Source: an uncultured Rickettsiaceae bacterium
GTDB lineage: Bacteria > Pseudomonadota > Alphaproteobacteria > Rickettsiales > Rickettsiaceae
Length of the DNA: 64,000 bases
Assembly (NCBI GenBank): GCA_964351245.1
Contig: CAYGNF010000002.1
Location: forward strand, 882-64,881
Direction of reading: 5' to 3'
Shown here: piece by piece, positions 48,238-57,406 of the stretch
Layout: every line of letters starts with the position of its first letter
Numbering within the stretch: position 1 is the first letter of the stretch
Translations under genes and position numbers: made by a program
Notes under the pieces: generated by a model
The model's input: only the letters and a program-made list of their open reading frames with translations
What the model was told of the DNA's origin: nothing
Database searches by the model: none

Positions 48238-50568
48238 ATGAAAATAATTAGGTGGTTTCAAATTTTTGGAATTATAGTATTGCTGAATGGATGTTCTGAT
48301 TTTGTATGCATTGATGCTGATGATTTTGGCTTTTCGTATGTAAACGTGCCTGCTGGATACGAATCTAAAAAAATACGGGGATCAGGTGTTGCGCAATACG
48401 TAGATTGGTATGATAGCGATCTGAAGCTTAATGGCAATAACATCTACATGATAGTAAAGCAATGGAGTGCGACTAAAAATATTAATTCCTCTAAAGAACT
48501 TTCAGCATGGTGCCCTTGGCTTGGGCCTGCACGCCAGCCCCCGAGTTTGCATGAGACTTGTATATTTTTAGATTATTGTATATTTAATAACAACGATACA
48601 TGCGCTGGAACACAGGAAGCTCAAATATTGAACGCTCCTTGCTTATTAAGACATGGAATAGGATTGTACTTTGCTGCCACTCCACAAGATTTTGATCCTA
48701 ATACTAGCCCTAACATCAACGCTCAGCCTCATCTTGCAGATTCAAGAGTTCTGCTTTCTCATATGAAATATAATGGAAGAGATGATGCCACTAATGTATC
48801 TTTTGGTGATTTTGTTGCAGGGGACTCGGGTAGCAGCAGTGGTACTTTTGTTTCTACTGGAGGTTTTTATCAAGTGCTGAATGATCAGCAAAGCCAGGAT
48901 CTAAAAAACGGCAATCTATATTTTAAAATATTAGATAGATTCTACGAGGATAATAGTGGTCAATATTTAGTACAAATCAAAAGTGGGGTTTTGCGTACTG
49001 ATTGGAGGCCCGAGGTATCTTTAGTAAAGATTATTAAAGATGTATTATTTGGCTCTAATCCTGGTAACGAGGAGACAAATGATCTCCTTATAACAGAAAC
49101 AGAAGTGCTTGATAATGGATTCTTGAAGATTGTATATAATAACGTCATTAATAATCCAAATTATAAGCTAGCCGTCAGCGCTTTGCTTACCATATATCTG
49201 ATATATACTTTTATGCAGTTTTTACTGGGCAATTCAGAGATGAACACTAAAGAGCTCATGACCGTGATACTAAAGATTATTATCATTTCTCAGCTTCTAT
49301 CTGCAGATACCGCATGGACTTTTTTCAATCAATATTTATTTTCATTGTTTTTCAATGGTTCGGCCTACTTGCTCGGTTTACTAGGATCTAGCTTTGATGG
49401 TGAGACGAACATCGTTTCATTACTTTTGACCCCGCAACTCTATATTAAATTATCTTCTCTACCATTTTTAGACAACGCGGGAAGTGCTTTCGGCATAGGA
49501 ATAGCGTATATGATAATACTGATTATATCAATCCTGATAGCTATCTGGGGAGTAATGTATTCTTTAACAGTATACGTGCTTTGCTTGATGATGATCAGTA
49601 TGCTGATTATCCTGGCTCCAATCTTCTTATGTTTTGTATTATTTGATCAAACAAAGGGAATATTTGATAAATGGTTACAATATCTTATATCTTTCTCATT
49701 GCAAACTATAATCCTTATGGCCGGAGTTTCTATGTTTTCGGTGATAATAAAAGATCAGATATACAAAAATCTTGGGTTTCGAGTGTGCCAGAAGATACTA
49801 TATCAGATTCATACTCAAAATGCATTCAACACTAAGATAGTTGGAAATCAAGGAAGGACAGCCTCTATATATTTCTGGAAGCCAAAATATCTGACTCCTG
49901 AGGATGGAGAGGAAATGGTAAACATACCTCTGCCTAATGCTCATTACGAAGTTGAACAAGATGGCAAAATCATTTCAAGTCCTTATCTTGCGAATGCCGG
50001 TGCAGTAAATGCCAAATATTGCGCCCCTTACCAATGCACTGGTATGAGATATCCTAGCTTTCCTTTTTTAGATCCTGAGGACCCATTTGATGCCAGTAAG
50101 TTAAAAAGAGCTTGGAGAGGTGATTTATTATCGCTGCAAGATGTAATAGTAATGTTCGTATGCTCTCTTTTAATGCTCATATATTCGTCTAATGCAGTTA
50201 GTGTTGCGGCATTCATTACAGGAGGATTTAGCGCCGAAACTACTGCAACAAAATTCTCAAGAGGGATAGCAAATAACGTTCAAGGATTTGTAGGCATGGG
50301 TATACGAATGGGGAGACAAGGTGTATCTTATGGCGCTCAACAAGTCACGAGAGTTGGTAGAGCCATGGGCATCGCAAGAGGCGACGAGGGGTCTATTGCA
50401 ACTAGAAATCGTTCAAGTACAGATGATTCGGTTAGCTCAGAAGGATCTAAAGAGGGTGGTAAAAGCGAAGCTTCTTCGAGTCGTAGTTTCTTTAGTAGAA
50501 GAAGCAGAAGTGTAGATAATAACATAGGAGGTAGGGATATCTCATCGCAAGATGATAACAAATCATAA
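48238..50568 (+). CDS. virB6: VirB6/TrbL-family T4SS inner-membrane protein, paralogue 5 (possible lipoprotein-type signal)
   Basis: Core motifs LLTIYLIYTFMQFLLG, WTFFNQYLF and LAPIFLCFVLFDQTKGIFDKWLQYLISFSLQTII. S/R/G-rich tail. The ATG at 48238 gives MKIIRWFQIFGIIVLLNGC. Alternative starts are TTG 48178 and ATG 48208. Confidence 0.75.
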   Translation: MKIIRWFQIFGIIVLLNGCSDFVCIDADDFGFSYVNVPAGYESKKIRGSGVAQYVDWYDSDLKLNGNNIYMIVKQWSATKNINSSKELSAWCPWLGPARQPPSLHETCIFLDYCIFNNNDTCAGTQEAQILNAPCLLRHGIGLYFAATPQDFDPNTSPNINAQPHLADSRVLLSHMKYNGRDDATNVSFGDFVAGDSGSSSGTFVSTGGFYQVLNDQQSQDLKNGNLYFKILDRFYEDNSGQYLVQIKSGVLRTDWRPEVSLVKIIKDVLFGSNPGNEETNDLLITETEVLDNGFLKIVYNNVINNPNYKLAVSALLTIYLIYTFMQFLLGNSEMNTKELMTVILKIIIISQLLSADTAWTFFNQYLFSLFFNGSAYLLGLLGSSFDGETNIVSLLLTPQLYIKLSSLPFLDNAGSAFGIGIAYMIILIISILIAIWGVMYSLTVYVLCLMMISMLIILAPIFLCFVLFDQTKGIFDKWLQYLISFSLQTIILMAGVSMFSVIIKDQIYKNLGFRVCQKILYQIHTQNAFNTKIVGNQGRTASIYFWKPKYLTPEDGEEMVNIPLPNAHYEVEQDGKIISSPYLANAGAVNAKYCAPYQCTGMRYPSFPFLDPEDPFDASKLKRAWRGDLLSLQDVIVMFVCSLLMLIYSSNAVSVAAFITGGFSAETTATKFSRGIANNVQGFVGMGIRMGRQGVSYGAQQVTRVGRAMGIARGDEGSIATRNRSSTDDSVSSEGSKEGGKSEASSSRSFFSRRSRSVDNNIGGRDISSQDDNKS

Positions 50569-50684
50569 TATATATTTAGTGAATCTGGAATGATATAGTA
50601 TGATATATGGCATGATAATTACCTTGCAAGAATAAAAACACTGTGTTACTGTGGTCCCTATTATTCACTACGGGATCAAATACT

Positions 50685-51233
50685 ATGAATCGGATTTTAC
50701 AAACATTACTTTTTACTTTGGTGCCAATATTATTTTCAGGTTGCGCTGATAATGTAAAAAAATATAGAGTTGATCCTGTCATCGCCCACCAAATCCAATC
50801 TCATAATTTTAAACATATAGAGTTAACATCAGTAACGATGCCTCAAGGAGATACAAATAGTGTTCTGTGTCGCATGAGAAGCTCTATCTCTTTGCCTGAA
50901 AAAATGAAATATTCTGATTATATACGCGATGCGCTCGCAAAATCTCTTGTGATTATAAATGATAAAAAAAATCCCGCTGAATCTAGTCATAAATTAAGCG
51001 TCCTACTAACAAAAGTAGATGTAAATACACTAAATGCTAAGTGGTATATTGACGCTAATATTACTATTGATAATAATAAGCCAATTCCGTTAACAACATT
51101 CACTAGTCATAATTTTTCTTATATCGCAGATTCAGCTTGTATGAATGCTGCTAGTGCATTTGATGAAGCAGTAGATAGTTTTATAAAGCAAATGTTCACA
51201 TATCCAGAAATTGCAACTCAGTTGAAATCTTGA
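50685..51233 (+). CDS. Putative lipoprotein of unknown function
   Basis: The ATG at 50685 gives MNRILQTLLFTLVPILFSGC (lipobox FSGC). 182 aa and hydrophilic. Lies 116 bp downstream of the last virB6 paralogue on the same strand. Confidence 0.55.
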   Translation: MNRILQTLLFTLVPILFSGCADNVKKYRVDPVIAHQIQSHNFKHIELTSVTMPQGDTNSVLCRMRSSISLPEKMKYSDYIRDALAKSLVIINDKKNPAESSHKLSVLLTKVDVNTLNAKWYIDANITIDNNKPIPLTTFTSHNFSYIADSACMNAASAFDEAVDSFIKQMFTYPEIATQLKS

Positions 51234-51420
51234 GTGAGAGTATAGTTAAATCCTTCAAAATGTTTGAGTAATAATTTTATCTAAAGAGACTAATGTAACC
51301 CCGCTATTATTTTTTTAAGAAATGAAGCGCTGTTAAGTTATTAAGAATATTTATACATGCAAAAATCTTACATAATCTTACTACTTTACTTAAGGGCTCT
51401 TCCTAGGTTAGAAGAATTAT

Positions 51421-53514
51421 TTATACCACCCCGAGTGTTCTGATTTTTGCCTTAGGATGAATCTCATTTTGAGATAATACTATAATACTTGCCCTGAATC
51501 TTTCTATTGCAGCTCTTACTAGAGATCTATTGCCACCCGATGTAAGTAATACAGGTATAATTCCTTTTGTCGCCTGATCATCATAAACTTTTTTGACCTT
51601 GATAGTAAACTCCTGGAGTTTTGAGGGTGGCATTATAAGATTTTTATTATCCCCCGACCCTTCCGTAAATTGAGCAAAAGACTGCTCCCATTCTGGAGAA
51701 AGAGTCACGACGGCGATAAATCCATCTGGATCTGAGCATGTATGGCAAATTTGTCTAGATAATTTTGAGCGCACATATTCTGTTGCATCTAATATACTAT
51801 TACCGTGCTTCAACCCATCAGATGCTGATTCAAGAATTAATGCAAGGTCTCTAATTGATACTCGTTCGGCAAGGAGATTTTGTAATATTTTTTGCAATGA
51901 GCTTACAGATACTGGGTCTGGTACTACATCTTTTATTAGCTTCTTATTTTCTTCTTGCATATCGTCCAATAATCTTTGGACTGAGCTATAAGTTAATAAT
52001 TCAGTAATATACTCTTTTACAAGTTCGGTAAGGTGAGTCGTGAGTATAGTTGGAGGATCTACCACAGTCAGGCCCATAAATTGCGCATCATCTTTTAGAG
52101 ATTCCTCTATCCATGCAGCAGGCAATCCAAAGGTGGGCTCCTTTGTTCTTTCTCCCTTAATAGTTAATTCTTTCCCCTTAGGATCCATTACTAAGAATTT
52201 ATCTGCATGTATCTCCCCTCTTCCACATTCTATTTCTTTAATTTTAATCACATATTCATTGTTATTTAGCTGTAAATTATCTTGCACTCTAATAGAGGGA
52301 ATAATAAAACCCAGATCCTTAGCCATTTGTTTTCTGATGGCTTTAATTTGATCGGTCAATTTATTGCCTTTTGTGTAGTTGACTATTTGGAGTAAATTAT
52401 ACCCTAGTTCAACTTTTATTTGATCTATTTGTAAAGAGTCAGTAGGTCTATCTGCTTGCTTTGAATCATCTTCGGGATTGTCAGACTCGAGTTGATTCGC
52501 TCCTGATTGCCCTGATTTTGCATTAGGTTGGGATTGAGTTGCATTATTAATTGATGATATTAAATACCCGGCAATCCCACTAATACAAGATAAAATGAAA
52601 AATGGAAAAAATGGCAATCCTGGAACAATTGCAAGTATAGCAGTAACGCCAGAAGTCATTAAAAGTGGCTGAGGATACTTACTAAGTTGTCCAAATATTG
52701 CCTTATCGGCAGAACCTGCAACGCCTGATTTAGTCACAAGTAAACCAGCAGCAAGAGAGACTATTAAGGAAGGTATTTGAGAGACAAGTCCGTCCCCTAT
52801 TGTAAGTATTGTGTATGTCTTTGCGGCTTGCTCTAGAGATAAACCTCTTTGTACCACTCCTATAATCACCCCTCCAACAAGATTGATAAATGTAATAATC
52901 AACCCCGCTATAGCATCTCCTCTGACGAATTTATTAGCACCATCCATTGCTCCGTAGAATGTATTCTCATCTTCGAGTTCTTTTCTGCGGGTTTTGGCGG
53001 TTTTTTCATCTACTAACCCAGCAGAAAGATCTGCATCTATAGCCATTTGTTTGCCTGGCAGCGCATCTAAATTAAATCTTGCAGCCACTTCAGCTATTCT
53101 ACCAGAACCTTTGGTAATGACTACAAAATTAATTATAGTCAAAATCATAAAAACAATAAGCCCGATAATGACATTACCCTGCATAACGCAATGACCAAAA
53201 GCTTCTATGATATTACCTGCTGCACTCGCTCCATAGTGACCCATAGATAGAATAAGTCTAGTAGAAGCTATATTCAAGGAAAGCCTTAACATTGTGGTCA
53301 CTAGTAAAATAGTCGGAAATACACTAAGCTCTAGAGGCTTTGCAATAAATAAAGTGGTCATTAAAATGATCAGCGATATCGTAATTGATAGAGCAAGTAA
53401 TATATCCAGCAAAAAAGTAGGCACTGGAAGTATTAACACTATCAGTATAAAAATTATAGATGTAGCGAGGATAAATTCAGTGTATTTACCTACGATATTT
53501 AGGATATTTTTCAT
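51421..53514 (-). CDS. flhA: Type III (flagellar-type) export gate protein FlhA (FHIPEP family)
   Basis: 697 aa. FPTILLVTTMLRLSLNIASTRLIL, VITKGSGRIAEVAARFNLDALPGKQMAIDADL, a linker, and a large cytoplasmic C-terminal domain. Confidence 0.9.
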   Translation of the reverse strand: MKNILNIVGKYTEFILATSIIFILIVLILPVPTFLLDILLALSITISLIILMTTLFIAKPLELSVFPTILLVTTMLRLSLNIASTRLILSMGHYGASAAGNIIEAFGHCVMQGNVIIGLIVFMILTIINFVVITKGSGRIAEVAARFNLDALPGKQMAIDADLSAGLVDEKTAKTRRKELEDENTFYGAMDGANKFVRGDAIAGLIITFINLVGGVIIGVVQRGLSLEQAAKTYTILTIGDGLVSQIPSLIVSLAAGLLVTKSGVAGSADKAIFGQLSKYPQPLLMTSGVTAILAIVPGLPFFPFFILSCISGIAGYLISSINNATQSQPNAKSGQSGANQLESDNPEDDSKQADRPTDSLQIDQIKVELGYNLLQIVNYTKGNKLTDQIKAIRKQMAKDLGFIIPSIRVQDNLQLNNNEYVIKIKEIECGRGEIHADKFLVMDPKGKELTIKGERTKEPTFGLPAAWIEESLKDDAQFMGLTVVDPPTILTTHLTELVKEYITELLTYSSVQRLLDDMQEENKKLIKDVVPDPVSVSSLQKILQNLLAERVSIRDLALILESASDGLKHGNSILDATEYVRSKLSRQICHTCSDPDGFIAVVTLSPEWEQSFAQFTEGSGDNKNLIMPPSKLQEFTIKVKKVYDDQATKGIIPVLLTSGGNRSLVRAAIERFRASIIVLSQNEIHPKAKIRTLGVV

Positions 53515-53552
53515 ATATAATGATCGCTTATTCCTTTAAATAATATGATAAT

Positions 53553-54197
53553 CTATGCAACAATCTTCGAATTACTCAGTATCTTTAGTAATTCTTCTGC
53601 CAAAAATCTGATTTCTCCAGCGCCGATAGACGAAGGTTCGGTTTCTAGCATTGTCTTACCTAAGTGCATACTTGATGCAAAACCTACTCTGTTGCCTATA
53701 GTAGTTTTTAGCATATATTCTTCTGGGAGACTCAAATTTTTTGCCATTGTTGATCTATTGATAGATCTATTAAGTACAATTTTGACATTTTTATTAGTAT
53801 CGTGAGCATATTCTAAAGTTTTTTGGGTGGCCCATAAATCAGCAGGACTAGGTTGCATCGGTATTAATACTAAATCCGCGGCTCTTATAGCTGCTTTTGC
53901 ATCAGTATCTGTATGAGGTGGGCAATCAATGATAATAAAATCGCTTATGAGTTTTAATTTGTTAATCTCATTGCTAATTCGTATGCCACCACATGATGCA
54001 AAACCTACTTCATGATCTGTACTATGATAATGCTCAGTTCTAATGCGGTACCACATAGTACTTGACCCCTGAGGATCTATATCAATGATGCATGACTTAT
54101 TCTGCGCCTGCAATAGCGCTATTGCCAGATGTATAGCTATAGTGCTTTTTCCAGACCCGCCTTTATGCTGAGCAATTGTGATAATTTTTGCAGTCAT
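53553..54197 (-). CDS. ParA/MinD-family P-loop ATPase
   Basis: Deviant Walker A IAQHKGGSGKSTIAIHLA, IDIDPQGSS, and Walker B IIIDCPP. 214 aa. Lies 38 bp upstream of flhA on the same strand. Confidence 0.8.
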   Translation of the reverse strand: MTAKIITIAQHKGGSGKSTIAIHLAIALLQAQNKSCIIDIDPQGSSTMWYRIRTEHYHSTDHEVGFASCGGIRISNEINKLKLISDFIIIDCPPHTDTDAKAAIRAADLVLIPMQPSPADLWATQKTLEYAHDTNKNVKIVLNRSINRSTMAKNLSLPEEYMLKTTIGNRVGFASSMHLGKTMLETEPSSIGAGEIRFLAEELLKILSNSKIVA

Positions 54198-54266
54198 TAC
54201 GTATTTATATTTGCGCTCCTATTAAATCCTTAGTATGTTTGCCATGTTGCATTTATCAGTAAAACC

Positions 54267-55346
54267 ATGAATTCGCATTCGATACTTCAAATTGATCTTC
54301 ACATTATCAAGCAAAATTATTTAAAATTAAGAGAACTTGTATCTGTAGAAGTTGGGGCCACATTAAAAGCTGATGCCTATGGTTTAGGAGCAACACAAAT
54401 TGCTACAGTGGTTGCTGACGAAGGTTGTAAAACCTTTTTTGCTGCAAATATACAGGAGGCTTATTGTCTTAAAGAGAAGTTTCCAAATATCGAGGTATTT
54501 TTTTACAATGGCTTTACTAAAGGAGAGGAGAAGATCATTGCGCATAATAATATACTCCCCGTAATCAGTAATTTATATCAAATAGAAATATTCAATAATT
54601 TTTGTATATCAAACAATATGAGACATAAGATAGCTATACACGTGGAAACTGGAATGAATAGACTCTCTATGCCTTATGAAGAAATTTTGCGCCTTGCTTC
54701 GGACAGAGATTTATATTCTAATCTAGATATAGAATATATAATCAGCCATCTTGCATCTGCAGAAGACTATACTAACGATTTTAATGTAATGCAGCTTGAG
54801 AGATTTAAACAAATAGTTAAATTATTTCCAGGAATAAAGTGCAGTCTTGCAAATAGCGCTGGTATTTTGCTTGGATCTGAATATCATTTTGATATAGTAA
54901 GACCTGGGGCTGCCCTCTATGGCATTAATACTAGAGAGAATATGAGCCTTTTTGGCAACCCGGTGAAATTAATCTCCCCACTACTTCAAATTAAATGCGT
55001 GAGAAAGGGAGAAAGTTTAGGGTATAATCAAACATATGTAGCAAATAAAGATACCTGGATAGGAACAATACCATTAGGATATGCTGATGGTGTATTTAGA
55101 TCTTTGAGTAATAATGGGTATTGCTATATAAATGACAAGCAGCTCCCTATAATTGGGAGAGTATCAATGGATTTGGTCAATATTGATCTAAGTAATTTAG
55201 ATGAATCACAAAGATATATTGGTCAAGAAATTAATATAATATGCGAGCATCAGACCCCTGATCAACTCGGTAGTTTGTTAGGTACTATAGGATATGAAAT
55301 TATAACAGCTTTAGGTAATAGATATGAAAGAAGATATACAAGATAA
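54267..55346 (+). CDS. alr: Alanine racemase
   Basis: PLP-lysine motif ATLKADAYGLG, ISHLASA, RPGAALYG, and GRVSMDLVNIDL. Confidence 0.9.
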   Translation: MNSHSILQIDLHIIKQNYLKLRELVSVEVGATLKADAYGLGATQIATVVADEGCKTFFAANIQEAYCLKEKFPNIEVFFYNGFTKGEEKIIAHNNILPVISNLYQIEIFNNFCISNNMRHKIAIHVETGMNRLSMPYEEILRLASDRDLYSNLDIEYIISHLASAEDYTNDFNVMQLERFKQIVKLFPGIKCSLANSAGILLGSEYHFDIVRPGAALYGINTRENMSLFGNPVKLISPLLQIKCVRKGESLGYNQTYVANKDTWIGTIPLGYADGVFRSLSNNGYCYINDKQLPIIGRVSMDLVNIDLSNLDESQRYIGQEINIICEHQTPDQLGSLLGTIGYEIITALGNRYERRYTR

Positions 55347-56139
55347 ACATAGTAGCGTAATAACAAATTTTATAGAATTCGCTGGTATTATTGGAGCATA
55401 TATTATTGCATTGGCTGAAACAATGGGATCTATAACTATTTTTTTTGGGCGTGCTGTTTTTGGACTTTTTCAGAAGCCATTTTATTTTAAAAACTATATT
55501 CATCAAATAGTATTTATAGGATTTTATTCACTCCCAGTAGTTGGAATGACTGCAATATTTTCTGGCGCTGTACTTGCGCTACAAAGTTATGTAGGCTTTC
55601 AAAGATTCTCGGCTGAGAGCGGTATTGCAACCGTAGTAGCTATTTCGATCACTCGCGAACTTGGGCCGGTACTTTCTGGTCTCATGGTCGCAGGTAGGGT
55701 GGGAGCATCTATTGCAGCAGAAATAGGGACTATGAGAGTTACTGAGCAAATTGACGCTCTACATACACTATCTACAGATCCTATAAAATACTTGGTTACT
55801 CCAAGAGTTGTTGCTGGTATAATATCATTACCATGCCTTGTTTTAGTAGCCGATATTATAGGTATTATGGGAGGCTATATGGTGAGTATCTATAAACTTG
55901 ATTTTAATTATGCGATATATATTTCTAACACTTTCAAATATTTACATGCAATAGATATCATATCTGGTCTGGTCAAAGCCTGCGTTTTTGGTTTAATTAT
56001 TACATCCGTGAGTTGTTTTTGCGGGTTTTATTGCGATAAGGGCGCGCGTGGAGTAGGTGCAGCCACTACAAAAGCTGTGGTCAATAGCTCGATCCTCATC
56101 CTTTTGAGTAATTATTTCTTAACAGAGCTATTTTTCTAA
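55324..56139 (+). CDS. mlaE: Mla-type ABC transporter permease MlaE
   Basis: 271 aa. ITRELGPVLSGLMVAGRVGASIAAEIGTMRVTEQIDAL is the MlaE/Ttg2B signature. Confidence 0.85.
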   Translation: MKEDIQDKHSSVITNFIEFAGIIGAYIIALAETMGSITIFFGRAVFGLFQKPFYFKNYIHQIVFIGFYSLPVVGMTAIFSGAVLALQSYVGFQRFSAESGIATVVAISITRELGPVLSGLMVAGRVGASIAAEIGTMRVTEQIDALHTLSTDPIKYLVTPRVVAGIISLPCLVLVADIIGIMGGYMVSIYKLDFNYAIYISNTFKYLHAIDIISGLVKACVFGLIITSVSCFCGFYCDKGARGVGAATTKAVVNSSILILLSNYFLTELFF

Positions 56140-56148
56140 ATTATTACT

Positions 56149-56910
56149 ATGCAAGACTACATTATAAAAATACAAAATTTAGTAAAAACTTTTGGTACTC
56201 ATGCAGTATTAAAGGGAATAAATTTAAATATAGAAAGAGGTAAATCATTAGTTGTTGTAGGGGGGTCTGGTACTGGTAAGTCTGTTCTGATCAAAACTAT
56301 CATAGGACTTATGGCGCCCAGCTCGGGCAGTATAAATGTCAATGGAGTCGATATGACTTCTGCTAATAATACAGACAAAAAAACCTTTCTTACAAAATGC
56401 GGGTTTCTTTTTCAGGGGGGAGCTCTTTTTGACTCCCTTACCATAGAAGAGAATATTACTTTCTTTGCATCGCGTCTTTATGGATTAAATAATAAGTCTA
56501 GAAGAGAGCTAGCACTAGATAAGTTAAATGCAGTAGGGTTAAGCCAGAGAGTACTTGATTTATATCCTTCTGAACTTTCGGGAGGTATGCAAAAAAGAGC
56601 GTCTCTTGCAAGGACTATAGCTACAAATCCTGAGATTATTTTTTTTGATGAACCTACTACTGGTTTAGATCCGATTATGTCCAATGTTATTAATGAACTG
56701 ATTGTTGCTGCAAATAAGAAACTTGGATGTACCTCTATTATTATTACTCATGATATGAATAGCGTAAGAGCAATAGCCGATAAAGTTGCGATGCTGCATG
56801 ATGGCTCTATAATGTGGGAGGGTACTTCTACAGAGATGGATAAAACTAATAATCCATATGTACAACAATTTGTATCAGGCAATACAGAAGGTCCTATTGC
56901 GGTATACTAA
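56149..56910 (+). CDS. mlaF: Mla-type ABC transporter ATP-binding protein MlaF
   Basis: Walker A GGSGTGKSV, signature LSGGMQKRASLAR, Walker B IIFFDEPTTGLDP. Confidence 0.9.
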   Translation: MQDYIIKIQNLVKTFGTHAVLKGINLNIERGKSLVVVGGSGTGKSVLIKTIIGLMAPSSGSINVNGVDMTSANNTDKKTFLTKCGFLFQGGALFDSLTIEENITFFASRLYGLNNKSRRELALDKLNAVGLSQRVLDLYPSELSGGMQKRASLARTIATNPEIIFFDEPTTGLDPIMSNVINELIVAANKKLGCTSIIITHDMNSVRAIADKVAMLHDGSIMWEGTSTEMDKTNNPYVQQFVSGNTEGPIAVY

Positions 56911-57406
56911 GTAGATAGTAGATCAAGATTTATCTATACACAAATCAATTCCCAGCTCAATAGTATACCACCAAGATATACATTTGTTAATTTTATCTAG
57001 CCTAGCAATAACTCAATTCATTGTACAATCAGATTCAATTAGAAAAATAAATTTCGCAGGACCATCTAACCACTTATCTAAAAATTGAATCTAAGGATTG
57101 ATAAATAACATTCATAAGTGAATGACTAATAAAAATCTTGTATTATTTTGGAGTGACTCTGTTCATTTGCTATAAAACTTGGAGGCAAACTATTGGGCAT
57201 TAGTAAGCAAAGCTCTAGTAATAATGCTTTGCATTATTTAAAAAATACCCAAATAACTAGATTCCAGGACTATCACACTATTGCAGGAGCTCTGAGGGCT
57301 CCCTTAATTAAAGGCAAAGATTGTAATAGTGTTGGTAGTAGAAATTAATCCAGGCAAATTCCTGATTACTTATGATGCAATCAATACTAACTCTATTTTT
57401 GCTTTA

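Noticed and set aside
35121-50568. T4SS block as part of an integrative conjugative element or plasmid remnant
   Set aside because: The window holds no relaxase, coupling protein, integrase, tra genes, flanking repeats or obvious compositional break. The virB3-virB4-virB6xN layout is the chromosomal rvh effector-type system of Rickettsiales.
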